NCBI GenBank assembly: GCA_963735055.1
Contig: CAVTJN010000022.1
Location: forward strand, 2,703-66,702
Direction of reading: 5' to 3'
Origin: an uncultured Chloroflexia bacterium
GTDB taxonomy: Bacteria; Chloroflexota; Dehalococcoidia; Dehalococcoidales; UBA2162
Length of the DNA stretch: 64,000 nt
Made by a program: the position numbers and the translations under genes. The notes under the pieces were generated by a model. That model saw only the letters and a list, made by a program, of their open reading frames with translations, was not told the origin of the DNA and made no database searches. Shown piece by piece: positions 51,448-61,749 of this stretch (positions within the stretch are counted from its first letter, which is position 1; each line of letters opens with the position of its first letter).

Positions 51448-51538
51448 TCACTTTCTCGCTTCTGTCACGCACCAGTGCTTATCCTGACTGGCCGGGACAT
51501 TATCATTTGCCTGGACGCCTAAGAAGAATTCGATCGCT

Positions 51539-52147
51539 TCAGAAGATGCGGCCGGCTTCTCGAGACTTGAAGAACAGGCCGGCCAGCAGGCCGAAGGCAA
51601 GGCCGCCCAGATGGGCTTCCCAGGCAATGTTGCCCGCGGCAAAGAAAGTCAACAGAAAACCGCCCACGACGGCGGCCCACAGTGGAATCGGCGCCGGTAT
51701 CGGAAAGACGAACACGGGCAGCCGGGGGCGCATCAGTACCAGGGCGCCTTCAACGGCGAAAATGGCGCCGGAAGCACCCACAACGCCATATGCCAGAGAC
51801 ATCGGGGAGGCAAGCAGCCAGAAGAAGACGTTACCGATCAACCCCCCAACCAGGTAGACGATAAGGAACTTCCTTTCACCAATCAGGCTGACCAGGAACC
51901 CTCCGAAGAAATAGAGGACCAGCATGTTGAACAGTATGTGGGTGATGCTGCCGTGCACGAAGAGACTGGTCAGTATTGTCCACGGACGCTCGGCAAGAGT
52001 CGCCGGCACGAACTCCAGAACGGAAACGAGGCGGGGACTAATGTAGGTGGCGATGAATACCACCACGCAGGTGATGATGATGTATCCGACGACCCCCAAA
52101 CCGGGAGTCCCGTAGCCTCGATATCTCATTCTCACTCCAGGAAACAC
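51539..52147 (-). CDS. rhomboid-family intramembrane serine protease
   Basis: FVHGSITHILFNML, GASGAIFA, and a late HLGG. Confidence 0.85.
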   Translation of the reverse strand: MFPGVRMRYRGYGTPGLGVVGYIIITCVVVFIATYISPRLVSVLEFVPATLAERPWTILTSLFVHGSITHILFNMLVLYFFGGFLVSLIGERKFLIVYLVGGLIGNVFFWLLASPMSLAYGVVGASGAIFAVEGALVLMRPRLPVFVFPIPAPIPLWAAVVGGFLLTFFAAGNIAWEAHLGGLAFGLLAGLFFKSREAGRIF

Positions 52148-52231
52148 AGACTGATTTTATTCATGATAGCGACAGAGCCTGAAGGATGCAAGACGGAAGT
52201 AATATTGACGGGTTGATAGTGTCCCGGTATC

Positions 52232-53434
52232 ATGGCCTTCAGGGACCATCTTGAGGGGGCGTGGTTGAAAGTCCTGAAAGCTGTCGGCCTGACTATTCTC
52301 GGTTTCCTGCTTTTCGTGTCGCTATCTGTTCTTGGACTGGCCCTGACCGTCAATAGCACTCTGCTCCAACCGCGTTTTCTGCCCAACGAACTTGACCATC
52401 TGAACATAGGGTCGCTGGCGGCCGAAACCATCGGCACCGGCGACGGCGACCTCTCTCCGGCGACGCGGGAGGCTGTGTTACGTACTGTCACGGTCCTGGA
52501 ACCGCAGATCAAGACACAGGTCAGGAACGCCAGTGACCGGGTCTACGCGTACCTGCTGGGTGACGCGCAGAGCATCGACCTGTCCGAAGTCCTGAAGGGC
52601 ACCATTCTCAACAAGGACTTCGTCGCTTCGATCGTTGATGAGTCGAACACCGTGGCACTGGCCAGGCAGGACCTGAGGGATCAACTCGCTGATCTCATAC
52701 CGCCGGGCCAGCAGCAACTGGTCCGTTATCTGGACACGGCGATGCCCAGCATTGATCCCTGGCTGAAACAGGAAATCAACGCGGCCGCCGGGCCGGTCGT
52801 CGACTACCTCCTGGGGGAGAGCCCCACGTTGCACCTGGTGGTCCAGTTGGATCAGATGAAGTCCATCCTCCGACCCAACCTGCGGGCGGCATTCCTGAGT
52901 TCGCCCCCGCCTGAACTGGCCGGGGCTACCCAGGCACAGACGGACACCGTCTTTGCCCAGTACTACGAACAGGCCGCGGCTGCAGTCCCGGCGACGGCAA
53001 CGATCGGTCCCTCCAGCCTCGGCATTGGTCCCTCAGCGTCCCTGGCTCAAGCGCTTTCGGACGCGGAGTCAGGTCTTACCAAGGCCCGCACCGGCATCGC
53101 CCAATTCCGCGTCTACTATGTCCTCTTGTGGGTACTGGCCGCCCTGCTGGTTCTCGGCATCATCCTCATTCACCGGGCGGTGAGGGCGGCCACTCGTGAT
53201 CTCGGCATCATCTTCCTGTCCTACGGCGCCCTTGAATTCGTGGGCGTCCTCGTCGCCGGCTACTTCCTGGGTGCCGTTAGTGTGTCCGGCCTGCCGGCCG
53301 CGCTTCAATCGTGGCTCCCGGGCTTTTACGCCGACTTCTTCCGGCCGCTGAAGGTGTTCAGCGTGACGCTGGCGATCGCCGGTTTAGCCATGGTGATCAT
53401 CTCGGTGCTCTACCGCCGCCGTCCCGCTGTCTGA
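52232..53434 (+). CDS. hypothetical membrane protein
   Basis: Intact 400-aa ORF with an N-terminal TM helix, a long extracytoplasmic region and C-terminal TM helices. Confidence 0.5.
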   Translation: MAFRDHLEGAWLKVLKAVGLTILGFLLFVSLSVLGLALTVNSTLLQPRFLPNELDHLNIGSLAAETIGTGDGDLSPATREAVLRTVTVLEPQIKTQVRNASDRVYAYLLGDAQSIDLSEVLKGTILNKDFVASIVDESNTVALARQDLRDQLADLIPPGQQQLVRYLDTAMPSIDPWLKQEINAAAGPVVDYLLGESPTLHLVVQLDQMKSILRPNLRAAFLSSPPPELAGATQAQTDTVFAQYYEQAAAAVPATATIGPSSLGIGPSASLAQALSDAESGLTKARTGIAQFRVYYVLLWVLAALLVLGIILIHRAVRAATRDLGIIFLSYGALEFVGVLVAGYFLGAVSVSGLPAALQSWLPGFYADFFRPLKVFSVTLAIAGLAMVIISVLYRRRPAV

Positions 53435-53815
53435 GTCCCGGGCGCGCACCAGCAACTGCAGCCCCCGCCGATCCACCACGACTACTCTGGCACCGGAATC
53501 GATTCGTCCGCTGACGGCGCGGCCGGCCCATAACTCGCCCCGAATCTTCACCATGCCCTCGGGATCAAGCGGCCTGACGACAATACCTTTCAGTCCCTTC
53601 ATATCGCCCAGGCCATTAACCGGCTTCCGCCGGAGGGCAGCAGTCCCCTTCCTGTATGTGAAGATGGTCCAGGCGAGCCACGCGAGCATGGCGAACAGCA
53701 ACAGCGGGACCGGAATATTGACGCCCAGGTGGGGCAAAAGCCAGAGGCCCGCATACAACGCTGCCGCCTCTTCGACGATGGTGCTGATGATGTTTAAGAT
53801 CAGCCGTCCGCTCAT
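53384..53815 (-). CDS. NfeD-family protein
   Basis: Two N-terminal TM helices, then an OB-fold-like GIVVRPLDPEGMVKIRGELWAGRAVSGRIDSGARVVVV. Confidence 0.7.
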   Translation of the reverse strand: MSGRLILNIISTIVEEAAALYAGLWLLPHLGVNIPVPLLLFAMLAWLAWTIFTYRKGTAALRRKPVNGLGDMKGLKGIVVRPLDPEGMVKIRGELWAGRAVSGRIDSGARVVVVDRRGLQLLVRARDSDSGTAAVEHRDDHHG

Positions 53816-53889
53816 GGTTGTGACTCCGTGGGACCGATTATAACAGGTCCTCAGGCACGCCGGCGTCGGTCGCCGAGGGCGCCGCCGGC

Positions 53890-53918
53890 TTGGTGTTCGC
53901 CGAAGCGGATGCTATAAT
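53890..53918 (+). promoter_or_regulatory. sigma70-like promoter upstream of gatC
   Basis: TTGGTG (53890-53895), 17 nt, TATAAT (53913-53918) with an upstream TG. Confidence 0.45.
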
Positions 53919-53941
53919 CCACTAGAATTCAACGTTCTTGA

Positions 53942-54244
53942 GTGAGGGCGGCCTTGAAACTCAGCCGGGAAGAGGTATTGCACATCGCCCGTTTGGCAAG
54001 GGTGGGGATCACTGACGCCGAAGTAGACCGGATGATGCAGCAACTGTCCAATATCATCGAGAACTTCGAGATCCTGAGGGCCGTGGACACCGACGGGGTT
54101 CCCCCCACCGCCCAGTCGATTGCTCTCGAAAACGTCATGAGAGCCGACGAGATCGTGCCCTCATTACCGCAGGAAAGCGTGCTGGCCAACGCGCCCCGGC
54201 CGGAAGGGGAGTTCTTCAGAGTGAATGCCGTGCTGGAAGAGTAG
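53942..54244 (+). CDS. gatC: Asp/Glu-tRNA amidotransferase subunit C
   Basis: [35 protein letters not shown]...VDTDGVPPT. The start may be the TTG at 53954. Confidence 0.85.
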   Translation: MRAALKLSREEVLHIARLARVGITDAEVDRMMQQLSNIIENFEILRAVDTDGVPPTAQSIALENVMRADEIVPSLPQESVLANAPRPEGEFFRVNAVLEE

Positions 54245-54285
54245 GTTCAAGCTTCAGGGGCCAGATCCCCACCCCACCGGTTCAT

Positions 54286-55815
54286 TTGACTCATTCGCAC
54301 CTGGCTCCGGCCCGGAATTTGGGAGCCCAGATTTCGAGTTTCGCCCCCGGGAGAACTGTCTTGGACACAAATCTGACTATCCATGAAGCCCACGAGATGC
54401 TGCAGAAACGGCAGGTCTCTTCGTTCGAGTTGACCCGAGCCTGCCTTGATCGAATAGAAGCCGTCGAGCCGGTGGTGCATGCCTTTGTCACGGTCACCGG
54501 GGACCTCGCCCTTGCCCGAGCCCGCAAGGCGGACCAGCTTCTGGCCCAAGGCGACACCGGTCCGCTCACCGGCATTCCCACGCTTATCAAGGACAACATG
54601 TGCACGCGGGGCGTCCCGACCACCTGCTCATCCCGGATGCTGGAGACATTCGTGCCGCCGTACAATGCTACTGTCGTCGAGAAGCTGGACGGCGCCGGCG
54701 CCGTAGTCCTCGGTAAGGCCAACATGGACGAATTTGCCATGGGATCTTCGACCGAGAACTCGGCCCTGTTCGTGACTCATAATCCGTGGGACCTGGGCCG
54801 GGTCCCGGGCGGCAGCAGCGGCGGTTCGGCGGCGGCGGTGGCCGCAGGCGAGACTATCTACGCCCTCGGTTCCGACACCGGTGGCAGCATCCGCCAGCCG
54901 GCCAGTTTCTGCGGCGTGGTCGGCATGAAGCCGACCTACGGGCGCGTCAGCCGGTACGGGCTGGTGGCCTTTGCCAGTTCGCTCGATCAGATCGGTCCGC
55001 TGACCCGGGACGTTACCGATTGCGCCCTGGTGATGAATGCCATCGCCGGACACGACCCGCGGGATTCGACCTGTTCGCCTCAGCCCGTGCCCGATTACAC
55101 CCGCAGTCTGGTCGGGGACCTGAAGGGGCTACGCCTGGGTGTGCCCGGGGAGTACTTCGTCGAAGGAATGCAGCCTGAAGTCGGCGCCGCCATCCGCGCC
55201 GCCATCGCCCGGATGAAGGACCTGGGAGCGTTAGTCGAAAGCGGCGTTTCGCTACCCCACACCCGCCACGCCCTGGCCGTCTATTACATCATCGCCCCGT
55301 CCGAGGCTTCGGCCAACCTGGCACGCTACGATGGCGTGAAGTACGGGTTTTCCTTCAAGGAGACCGACAACATGTGGGAGGCAATGGAGAAGACGCGCCA
55401 GTTCGGCTTCGGCCCTGAAGTCAAACGCCGCATCATGTTGGGGACCTATGCGCTGTCCTCCGGCTACTACGACGCGTATTACCTCAAGGCACAAAAAGTG
55501 CGAACTATCATAAGGCGGGAGTTTGACCTTGCTTTTGAGAAATACGACGCCCTGATTACGCCCACCTCCCCCACTGTCCCCTTCCGTATCGGTGAGAAGG
55601 CCGACGACCCGGTGCAGATGTACCTCAGCGACGTCTGCACGCTGCCGGTCAACATTGCCGGGCTGCCCGCTATCTCCATTCCGGCCGGCTTCGTCGATGG
55701 TCTCCCCGTCGGGCTGCAGATCATCGGCAAGCCATTCAGTGAAGAGACGATCCTCCGTATTGCCTTTGCCTACGAACAGGCGGCGGGGTGGGGGAAGGTG
55801 AAACCCCGGCTGTAG
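54286..55815 (+). CDS. gatA: Asp/Glu-tRNA amidotransferase subunit A
   Basis: Amidase signature [14 protein letters not shown]...[12 protein letters not shown]. The true start is probably internal (TTG near 54364). Confidence 0.9.
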   Translation: MTHSHLAPARNLGAQISSFAPGRTVLDTNLTIHEAHEMLQKRQVSSFELTRACLDRIEAVEPVVHAFVTVTGDLALARARKADQLLAQGDTGPLTGIPTLIKDNMCTRGVPTTCSSRMLETFVPPYNATVVEKLDGAGAVVLGKANMDEFAMGSSTENSALFVTHNPWDLGRVPGGSSGGSAAAVAAGETIYALGSDTGGSIRQPASFCGVVGMKPTYGRVSRYGLVAFASSLDQIGPLTRDVTDCALVMNAIAGHDPRDSTCSPQPVPDYTRSLVGDLKGLRLGVPGEYFVEGMQPEVGAAIRAAIARMKDLGALVESGVSLPHTRHALAVYYIIAPSEASANLARYDGVKYGFSFKETDNMWEAMEKTRQFGFGPEVKRRIMLGTYALSSGYYDAYYLKAQKVRTIIRREFDLAFEKYDALITPTSPTVPFRIGEKADDPVQMYLSDVCTLPVNIAGLPAISIPAGFVDGLPVGLQIIGKPFSEETILRIAFAYEQAAGWGKVKPRL

Positions 55816-55846
55816 AGCCCAATAATTCAAGTAGAAAGAGAGAATA

Positions 55847-57640
55847 ATGCGAATTTCCAAATTGGTCAGCAAGACCCAGCGCGAGCTCCCCGCGGATGCG
55901 GACACGCCGTCCCATCAACTGCTTGTTCGGGCGGGGATGATAAGCCAGGTTGCCGCCGGTGTCTACAACTACCTTCCCCTGGCCTGGCGCACGCTTCGTA
56001 AGATCGAGAATATCATCCGTGACGAGATGGACATGGCCGGGGGCCAGGAAGTGTTCATGCCCACGCTCCAACCAGTTGAACTGTGGCAGAAGTCGGGACG
56101 GGACAAGGCTTTCAGCAGTACGCTGCCCGTGTTCACGACGGTTGACCGCCGCGAGCGCACCCTCGTCCTCGCCCCCACCCACGAAGAGGTGGTGACCGAG
56201 ATCATTGCCCACAGCGTCCGCAGCTACCGCGATCTGCCGGTTAATCTATACCAGATGCAAAACAAGTTCCGGGACGAGCCGCGGCCGCGCGCCGGCCTGA
56301 TTCGCGTCCGGGAGTTCATCATGATGGACGCGTATAGCTTTGACCGGGATCCGACCGGGCAGGACGTAAGCTATCAGCGCATGGTCACTGCCTACAAGAA
56401 CATCTACGCCCGATGTGGTCTGACGGCGATCATGGTCGAGGCGGACAGCGGCGCCATCGGCGGGAAGGACTCGCACGAATTCATGCTGCCGGCCGCGACG
56501 GGCGAAGACACGATTATCACCTGCCCGAAATGCGGCTACGCGGCGAACGCGGAAAAGGCCGCCTTCGACAAGCAGGCAGGCCAACAGCAATCCGGAGCCA
56601 TGCCCATGGAAGAGGTCGCTACCCCCGGCATGAAGTCGATAGAAGAGGTGGCCGGTTTCCTGAAAGTCGACCCCCGGCAGACGCTGAAGGCGGTATTCTA
56701 CGTGGCCGACGGGCGCTTCGTTTTTGTGGTGATACGGGGCGATCTGCCGGTCAACGAGACCAAACTGACCAACACCCTCAAGGCCCGGGAGTTGCGAATG
56801 GCAACCGAGGCTGAGGTCATCGAGCAGGGACTCGTCCCCGGATCGGCGTCACCGGTCGGAATCAAGGGAATCACGACCATCGCTGATGATTCGGTGAGCT
56901 CGGGAACCAACTTCGTCGCCGGGGGCAACAAACCGGATACCCACCTGCGGAACGTGAACTACGCTCGCGACTTCGAGGCCGGGACTATCACTGATATCGC
57001 CCTGGCGGCGGCGGGCGATGCCTGTGCCAAATGCGGGACCGCCCTTACCACGGTCCGCGGCATCGAAGTGGGGCATATCTTCAAACTCGGGACCCTCTAC
57101 AGCGAGAAACTAGGCGCCTATTTCGCGGAGGAAAGCGGCAACTCCAAGGTCATCACCATGGGTTGCTACGGCATCGGCGTCGGCAGACTGCTGGCGGCCG
57201 CCATTGAGCAGAGCCACGACGACAAGGGCATCATCTGGCCGATAACGATCGCCCCATATCAGGTCCACCTGTGCGCCCTGTACATTGAGAATCCGCAGAT
57301 ATCGGAAGTAGCCGAAAGACTCTACGCCGACCTGACGGCCCAAGGAATCGAAGTGCTATTCGACGACCGGGCCGAATCTCCGGGTGTCAAATTCAACGAC
57401 GCCGACCTTCTCGGCCTGCCTTTACGCCTCACCGTCAGCCCGCGCAACCTTGAAAAGAGCAGTGTCGAGGTGAAATGGCGCGATGAGAAGAAGGCCCAAT
57501 TGCTGCCCCTGGAAGGCATCGTGGGCGCGGCTACGGGCCATGTTGGACGGCCGCCGGTAGCCGCCGGTGCCGTTACCCCCTCAGCGTCACTCCAAAATCG
57601 GCCGCCAGCTTGCCGACGATCTGCCCGAAAACCCGGTTGA
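55847..57640 (+). CDS. proS: proline--tRNA ligase (bacterial type with editing domain)
   Basis: MRISKLVSKTQRE, class II motifs, an INS editing insertion, and a C-terminal anticodon-binding domain. The last ~35 codons look out of frame. A shift near 57525 would give ...RAMLDGRR* ending at 57560. Confidence 0.9.
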   Translation: MRISKLVSKTQRELPADADTPSHQLLVRAGMISQVAAGVYNYLPLAWRTLRKIENIIRDEMDMAGGQEVFMPTLQPVELWQKSGRDKAFSSTLPVFTTVDRRERTLVLAPTHEEVVTEIIAHSVRSYRDLPVNLYQMQNKFRDEPRPRAGLIRVREFIMMDAYSFDRDPTGQDVSYQRMVTAYKNIYARCGLTAIMVEADSGAIGGKDSHEFMLPAATGEDTIITCPKCGYAANAEKAAFDKQAGQQQSGAMPMEEVATPGMKSIEEVAGFLKVDPRQTLKAVFYVADGRFVFVVIRGDLPVNETKLTNTLKARELRMATEAEVIEQGLVPGSASPVGIKGITTIADDSVSSGTNFVAGGNKPDTHLRNVNYARDFEAGTITDIALAAAGDACAKCGTALTTVRGIEVGHIFKLGTLYSEKLGAYFAEESGNSKVITMGCYGIGVGRLLAAAIEQSHDDKGIIWPITIAPYQVHLCALYIENPQISEVAERLYADLTAQGIEVLFDDRAESPGVKFNDADLLGLPLRLTVSPRNLEKSSVEVKWRDEKKAQLLPLEGIVGAATGHVGRPPVAAGAVTPSASLQNRPPACRRSARKPG

Positions 57641-59972
57641 CTTCTTCGTCGGTCAGGGTCTTGTCCGGCGACTGAAAAGTCAGCCGGTAGGCCAGCGATT
57701 TTTTCCCCGCCGGCACTTGTTCTCCTGAATAGACATCGAACAAGGCGATTCGATCGACCAGCGGAAAGCCGCCGATGACGTCCAGCACCTGCTGGTGGCT
57801 GACTGCGGCGCCCACCACGATGGCCATATCTCTGACCACTTCCGGGAAGCGCGGGATCGCTCTAAAGACGCGGTCAGTACCCGCCAGGGGCAGCATTTCG
57901 GGAAGATCAAGCTCGAAAAGATAGGCCGGCCCCGTGATCCCAAAGTTCTCGCGCACTTTCGATGAGATCTCGCCGACCACGCCGATTTGCCGGTCACCGG
58001 CCATTACGCTCGCCCGAGCGGTCGACTGGAGAGTAGGGTCATGGCCTTCTCCAAAGCCGGCCTCGATGTTAAGTGTCCTGAGGACGCCCTCGACGACACC
58101 GCGGGCGAAGAAGAAGTCAGACCCTTCGTCCTCACGCTGCCACCATCGCTCGACGCTGGGTCCGCAAATCACCCCGCAGACCGTCTCGCGCTCATCCGGC
58201 AGGTCTTTGAGACGACCCAAGTACACTCTGCTCAACTCGACGAGCCGGAAGCGGCCTTCGGCAAAGCGCTGGTTGGCCGCCAGAACCGACAGCAGGTGCG
58301 CCCGCAGGGTGGGCCGCAGGTATTCCTGCTCCGCCGTCATGGGGTTCACGAGCCGCAGGGCCGGCGGTTCGGCGCCGTCCGGTGTGAGTTTCTTGAGTGC
58401 CTCCATGCCCACCAGCGATGACGTAACGACCTCGTCGAAGCCATAGCTGACCAGGGCGTCCAGAACCGTGCGTTTCAGCCTCAGCATGGGCACCGGGTCC
58501 TGGGTGGGGATGGGTTGGGAAAGCATGGTGTTCGGTATCTTGTCGTAGCCTTGAATACGGGCGACCTCCTCGATGAGGTCCTCCGAAAACCGTATGTCGC
58601 TACGCCAGTACGGCGGGATGGCTGTCAGATCAGTCGTTCCGCTGCTCACCCGGCACTGAAACCCAAGGGAAGTCAGCGCCGCCACGATCTGTTCCCGGCT
58701 GACTTCTACACCGAGCAGGCGCTTCACCTGCGCCGTCGACACTGCTACCGGTTGCACTGGCTTTTGCCCCGGATAGATATCGATCATCCCTTTGGCGACC
58801 TCGCCTCCGGCCAGTTGCTGCATCAGTTGGGTGGCGCGTTTCAAAGCGGGGATGGTCAGATCGGCGCGGATACCCCTCTCGAAGCGGGTGCAGGCTTCGC
58901 TGGGCATCCCGAGCGTCCTGCCGGTGTAGTGTATGCTCGCCGGATTGAAGCTGGCGGCTTCCAGCAGTATCGTCGTCGTACTCTCCGTAACCTCGGTATT
59001 GGCACCCCCCATCACCCCGGCCACCGCCACGGCCCGTTCGGTATCGGCAATCACCAGAGTATCGGCCGCCAGTTCCCGTTCCGTACCGTCGAGCGTCTGT
59101 ATCTTCTCCCCCGCCTCTGCCCGGCGCACGATAATCTTGCCGCCCCGGATACGGTCGAAGTCGAAGGAGTGAAGCGGTTGGCCGTACTCCAACATGACGA
59201 AGTTGGTTATGTCCACGATGTTGCTTATCGGACGCATACCGCCGGCGATGAGCCGCGTCTTCAGCCAGGCCGGCGATTCGGCAATGCGGATCCCCTTGAT
59301 CAGGGTTGCGCAATACCGGGGACAAAGGTCAGGGGCCTGAATCTCCACCGCGGCCTGCTGTGCCACCGGTGGCTCAGCCTCAGCGTAGCCATCGTCGGGC
59401 AAACGTGCCGTTTGACCGGTCAGCGCCGCGATCTCCCGGGCTACCCCAATCACCGACAGGCAATCCGGACGATTGGGCGTTATTTCGAGGTTGAAAATAG
59501 CGTCACCAAGGTAGTCAGCGAGGGGCATCCCCAGCGGGGCGTCCGGAGGCAGCACCAGCAGTCCGGTATGGTCGCCGGAAATCCCCAACTCCTTCTCGGA
59601 ACAGGCCATACCGCTGGAGACCACGCCGCGTATCCGGGCGGGTTTGAGGACTGACTTTACGCCGGTATGGCCGTCAATCAACTCGGCGCCGACCCGCGCG
59701 AACGGGACTCTATCGCCGACCCGGAGATTTGGCGCGCCGCACACCACGGTTACCTGTTCGGCGCCCAGGTCGATGGTCGCCAGCTTGAGGCGGTCCGCGT
59801 TCGGATGGGCGTTGACCTCTTTCACCTGGCCGACAACCACATTTTCCCAGGCTTCCCCGATGATCTGGGTGCTCTTCACCTCCAGACCGGCCATAGTCAG
59901 CCGTTCAGCAATCATCAAGGGCGGCAGGGTGACGTCTACATAGTCCCTGAGCCACTTCTGGGATATTTTCAT
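57573..59972 (-). CDS. pheT: phenylalanine--tRNA ligase beta subunit
   Basis: MKISQKWLRDYV, tRNA-binding, B3/4, B5 and FDX-ACB domains. The start is set at ATG 59972, which overlaps the upstream stop (ATGA). Confidence 0.9.
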   Translation of the reverse strand: MKISQKWLRDYVDVTLPPLMIAERLTMAGLEVKSTQIIGEAWENVVVGQVKEVNAHPNADRLKLATIDLGAEQVTVVCGAPNLRVGDRVPFARVGAELIDGHTGVKSVLKPARIRGVVSSGMACSEKELGISGDHTGLLVLPPDAPLGMPLADYLGDAIFNLEITPNRPDCLSVIGVAREIAALTGQTARLPDDGYAEAEPPVAQQAAVEIQAPDLCPRYCATLIKGIRIAESPAWLKTRLIAGGMRPISNIVDITNFVMLEYGQPLHSFDFDRIRGGKIIVRRAEAGEKIQTLDGTERELAADTLVIADTERAVAVAGVMGGANTEVTESTTTILLEAASFNPASIHYTGRTLGMPSEACTRFERGIRADLTIPALKRATQLMQQLAGGEVAKGMIDIYPGQKPVQPVAVSTAQVKRLLGVEVSREQIVAALTSLGFQCRVSSGTTDLTAIPPYWRSDIRFSEDLIEEVARIQGYDKIPNTMLSQPIPTQDPVPMLRLKRTVLDALVSYGFDEVVTSSLVGMEALKKLTPDGAEPPALRLVNPMTAEQEYLRPTLRAHLLSVLAANQRFAEGRFRLVELSRVYLGRLKDLPDERETVCGVICGPSVERWWQREDEGSDFFFARGVVEGVLRTLNIEAGFGEGHDPTLQSTARASVMAGDRQIGVVGEISSKVRENFGITGPAYLFELDLPEMLPLAGTDRVFRAIPRFPEVVRDMAIVVGAAVSHQQVLDVIGGFPLVDRIALFDVYSGEQVPAGKKSLAYRLTFQSPDKTLTDEEVNRVFGQIVGKLAADFGVTLRG

Positions 59973-60595
59973 TGCCCGCTGTCCGGGAGAATAGGATAGG
60001 ATGCCGGCGCCGGCGATATGATACCCCAACGCTCAACGAAATCATCGGTACCGCGTACCGAATACACCACGTCACTGATCACCGCCAGATTGGTGATGTA
60101 TTCCAGACCGCCGGCCAGCGGCAGGCGTACCGGGAGCAGGAAGCCATCCCGGGCTGCCCGGATCTCAAGAATGAAGGCCATCTGAGGGCCGCCAAGACCG
60201 GCGTATCGGGTGTTCGTGTCGTCCTTCTGGAGCCAGTTGGTCAGTTCGATCAGCGAAGTGAAATGCCGGGGGTATTTCATCGTCTTCAGTTCGGCGGCCT
60301 GGGCCGCTATGGTGCCCAGCTTGGAGTCCACGTCCTTCTGGAGGGAGGCGACTTGGGTATTGGCGGTGGCAAGGCTGTCCTGCACGCTCTTGGTGGTGGC
60401 CTTCTCCTGGTTCAGCTGATTCTGCAGAGACGAAACGTTGCCCTGCAGGCTAGTCACCTGCCCTTGCACTGACGTTACCTGCTGCTCGCTGTCCTCGAGC
60501 TTGGACTTGGTCCCTGAGAGCTGAGTGGCAAGGATGATGACGGCAACTACCAATGCGACTGACAGCACGCCGAGTATGATCGTCCACAATTTCAT
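59969..60595 (-). CDS. membrane-anchored coiled-coil protein of unknown function, inserted between pheS and pheT
   Basis: N-terminal TM helix (LWTIILGVLSVALVVAVIILA), Q/S/L-rich heptads (VQGQVTSLQGNVSSLQNQL), and a ~90-aa globular tail. A GGAGGT Shine-Dalgarno sequence lies 7 nt upstream. Confidence 0.6.
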   Translation of the reverse strand: MKLWTIILGVLSVALVVAVIILATQLSGTKSKLEDSEQQVTSVQGQVTSLQGNVSSLQNQLNQEKATTKSVQDSLATANTQVASLQKDVDSKLGTIAAQAAELKTMKYPRHFTSLIELTNWLQKDDTNTRYAGLGGPQMAFILEIRAARDGFLLPVRLPLAGGLEYITNLAVISDVVYSVRGTDDFVERWGIISPAPASYPILPDSGQ

Positions 60596-60669
60596 TTAGC
60601 TACCTCCTCTGTCTGTTGACCTGGTCATGTCTAACCCACAGAATATCAAACGAAAATCAGGCTGCTTTG

Positions 60670-61698
60670 TCAGAACTGCCGCAGGAATCTGACGTCGCCG
60701 CCAAAGAAAAGCCTGACGTCATCGATGCCGTACCGCAGCATGGGCAGACGCTCGATGCCCATGCCGAAGGCGAAGCTCGAATAGATCTCCGGGTCGATGC
60801 CGCCCCGACGCAGCACATCCGGGTGAGTCATCCCGGCGCCCAGGATTTCGATCCAGCCGCTGTCCCCGCAGAGCCGGCACCCATCCCCGTGGCAGACAGC
60901 ACATTCGATGGCCATTTCCACGCCCGGCTCCACGAAGGGGAAATAGTCGGGCCGGAAGCGCACTCTCCGGTTCGGGCCAAAATAGCGCCTCGAAAACTCG
61001 TAGAGAGTCCCCTTCAGGTCGGCCATGGTTATGCCCTTGTCGACCGCCACCCCATCGACCTGGGTGAATTGCGAGTAGTGCGTGGCGTCACTGGCTTCGT
61101 AACGGTAGACCTTTCCCGGCGTAATCACCCTTACCGGTGGCGGCCTTGATTCGATAACCCGGGCGCTCACCGATGTCGTATGGGTGCGGAGCAGGGTCGG
61201 ACGCTCCGTCCTGGTATCCACCCAGAACGTTGACATGTTATCCCGGGCAGGATGCTCGGCCGGAATGTTGAGTGCTTCGAAGTTGTAATAGTCCCATTCC
61301 ACTTCGGGGCCGTCCGCGGTCTGGAACCCCATCGACAGGAATATCTCTTGGAGGTCTTCGAGTGCCCGGGTTACCGGGTGCTTGTGACCAGCGGCAAGCG
61401 GATACCCGGGAAGCGTGATGTCGATGGCCGACGCCCTCGCCTTCGCGTTCTCGGCGGCGGACAGCAGTGAACTCTGCTTTTCGTTGTGCCGACCCTCCAG
61501 CGCGGCCTTGATCTGGTTTGCCCGGGCGCCCATCACCTTACGCTCCTCCAGGGACAGACCCCCCAACCCGCGCAGCACCTCGGTGACGGCCCCCTTCCGG
61601 CCGAGATATTGGACCCGCCACGTCTCGAGCGTTTTGAGATCGTTGACCCGTTCCAGTTCCTCAAGCGCGGCCGCTAGTATCTCATCAATAGTGGTCAT
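60670..61698 (-). CDS. pheS: phenylalanine--tRNA ligase alpha subunit
   Basis: Class II core with HPARD, FRPDYFPFVEPG, and GAGMTHPDVL...FAFGMGIERL. Confidence 0.9.
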   Translation of the reverse strand: MTTIDEILAAALEELERVNDLKTLETWRVQYLGRKGAVTEVLRGLGGLSLEERKVMGARANQIKAALEGRHNEKQSSLLSAAENAKARASAIDITLPGYPLAAGHKHPVTRALEDLQEIFLSMGFQTADGPEVEWDYYNFEALNIPAEHPARDNMSTFWVDTRTERPTLLRTHTTSVSARVIESRPPPVRVITPGKVYRYEASDATHYSQFTQVDGVAVDKGITMADLKGTLYEFSRRYFGPNRRVRFRPDYFPFVEPGVEMAIECAVCHGDGCRLCGDSGWIEILGAGMTHPDVLRRGGIDPEIYSSFAFGMGIERLPMLRYGIDDVRLFFGGDVRFLRQF

Positions 61699-61722
61699 TT
61701 CCTGGCCTCATGTCGTACTACC

Positions 61723-61749
61723 AAAAAGAACCCCCCATTTGGGGGGTTC
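61723..61749 (-). terminator. intrinsic terminator/attenuator 25 nt upstream of the pheS start
   Basis: The minus strand reads GAACCCCCC-AAAT-GGGGGGTTC-TTTTT: a perfect 9-bp GC-rich stem, a 4-nt loop and a U-tract. Confidence 0.75.

Noticed and set aside
53384-53434. The 51-nt convergent overlap between the 400-aa membrane protein gene and the NfeD gene, considered as a possible antisense regulatory arrangement.
   Set aside because: Short 3'-3' overlaps are common in compact genomes. There is no additional structure, and either stop could be slightly mis-set.
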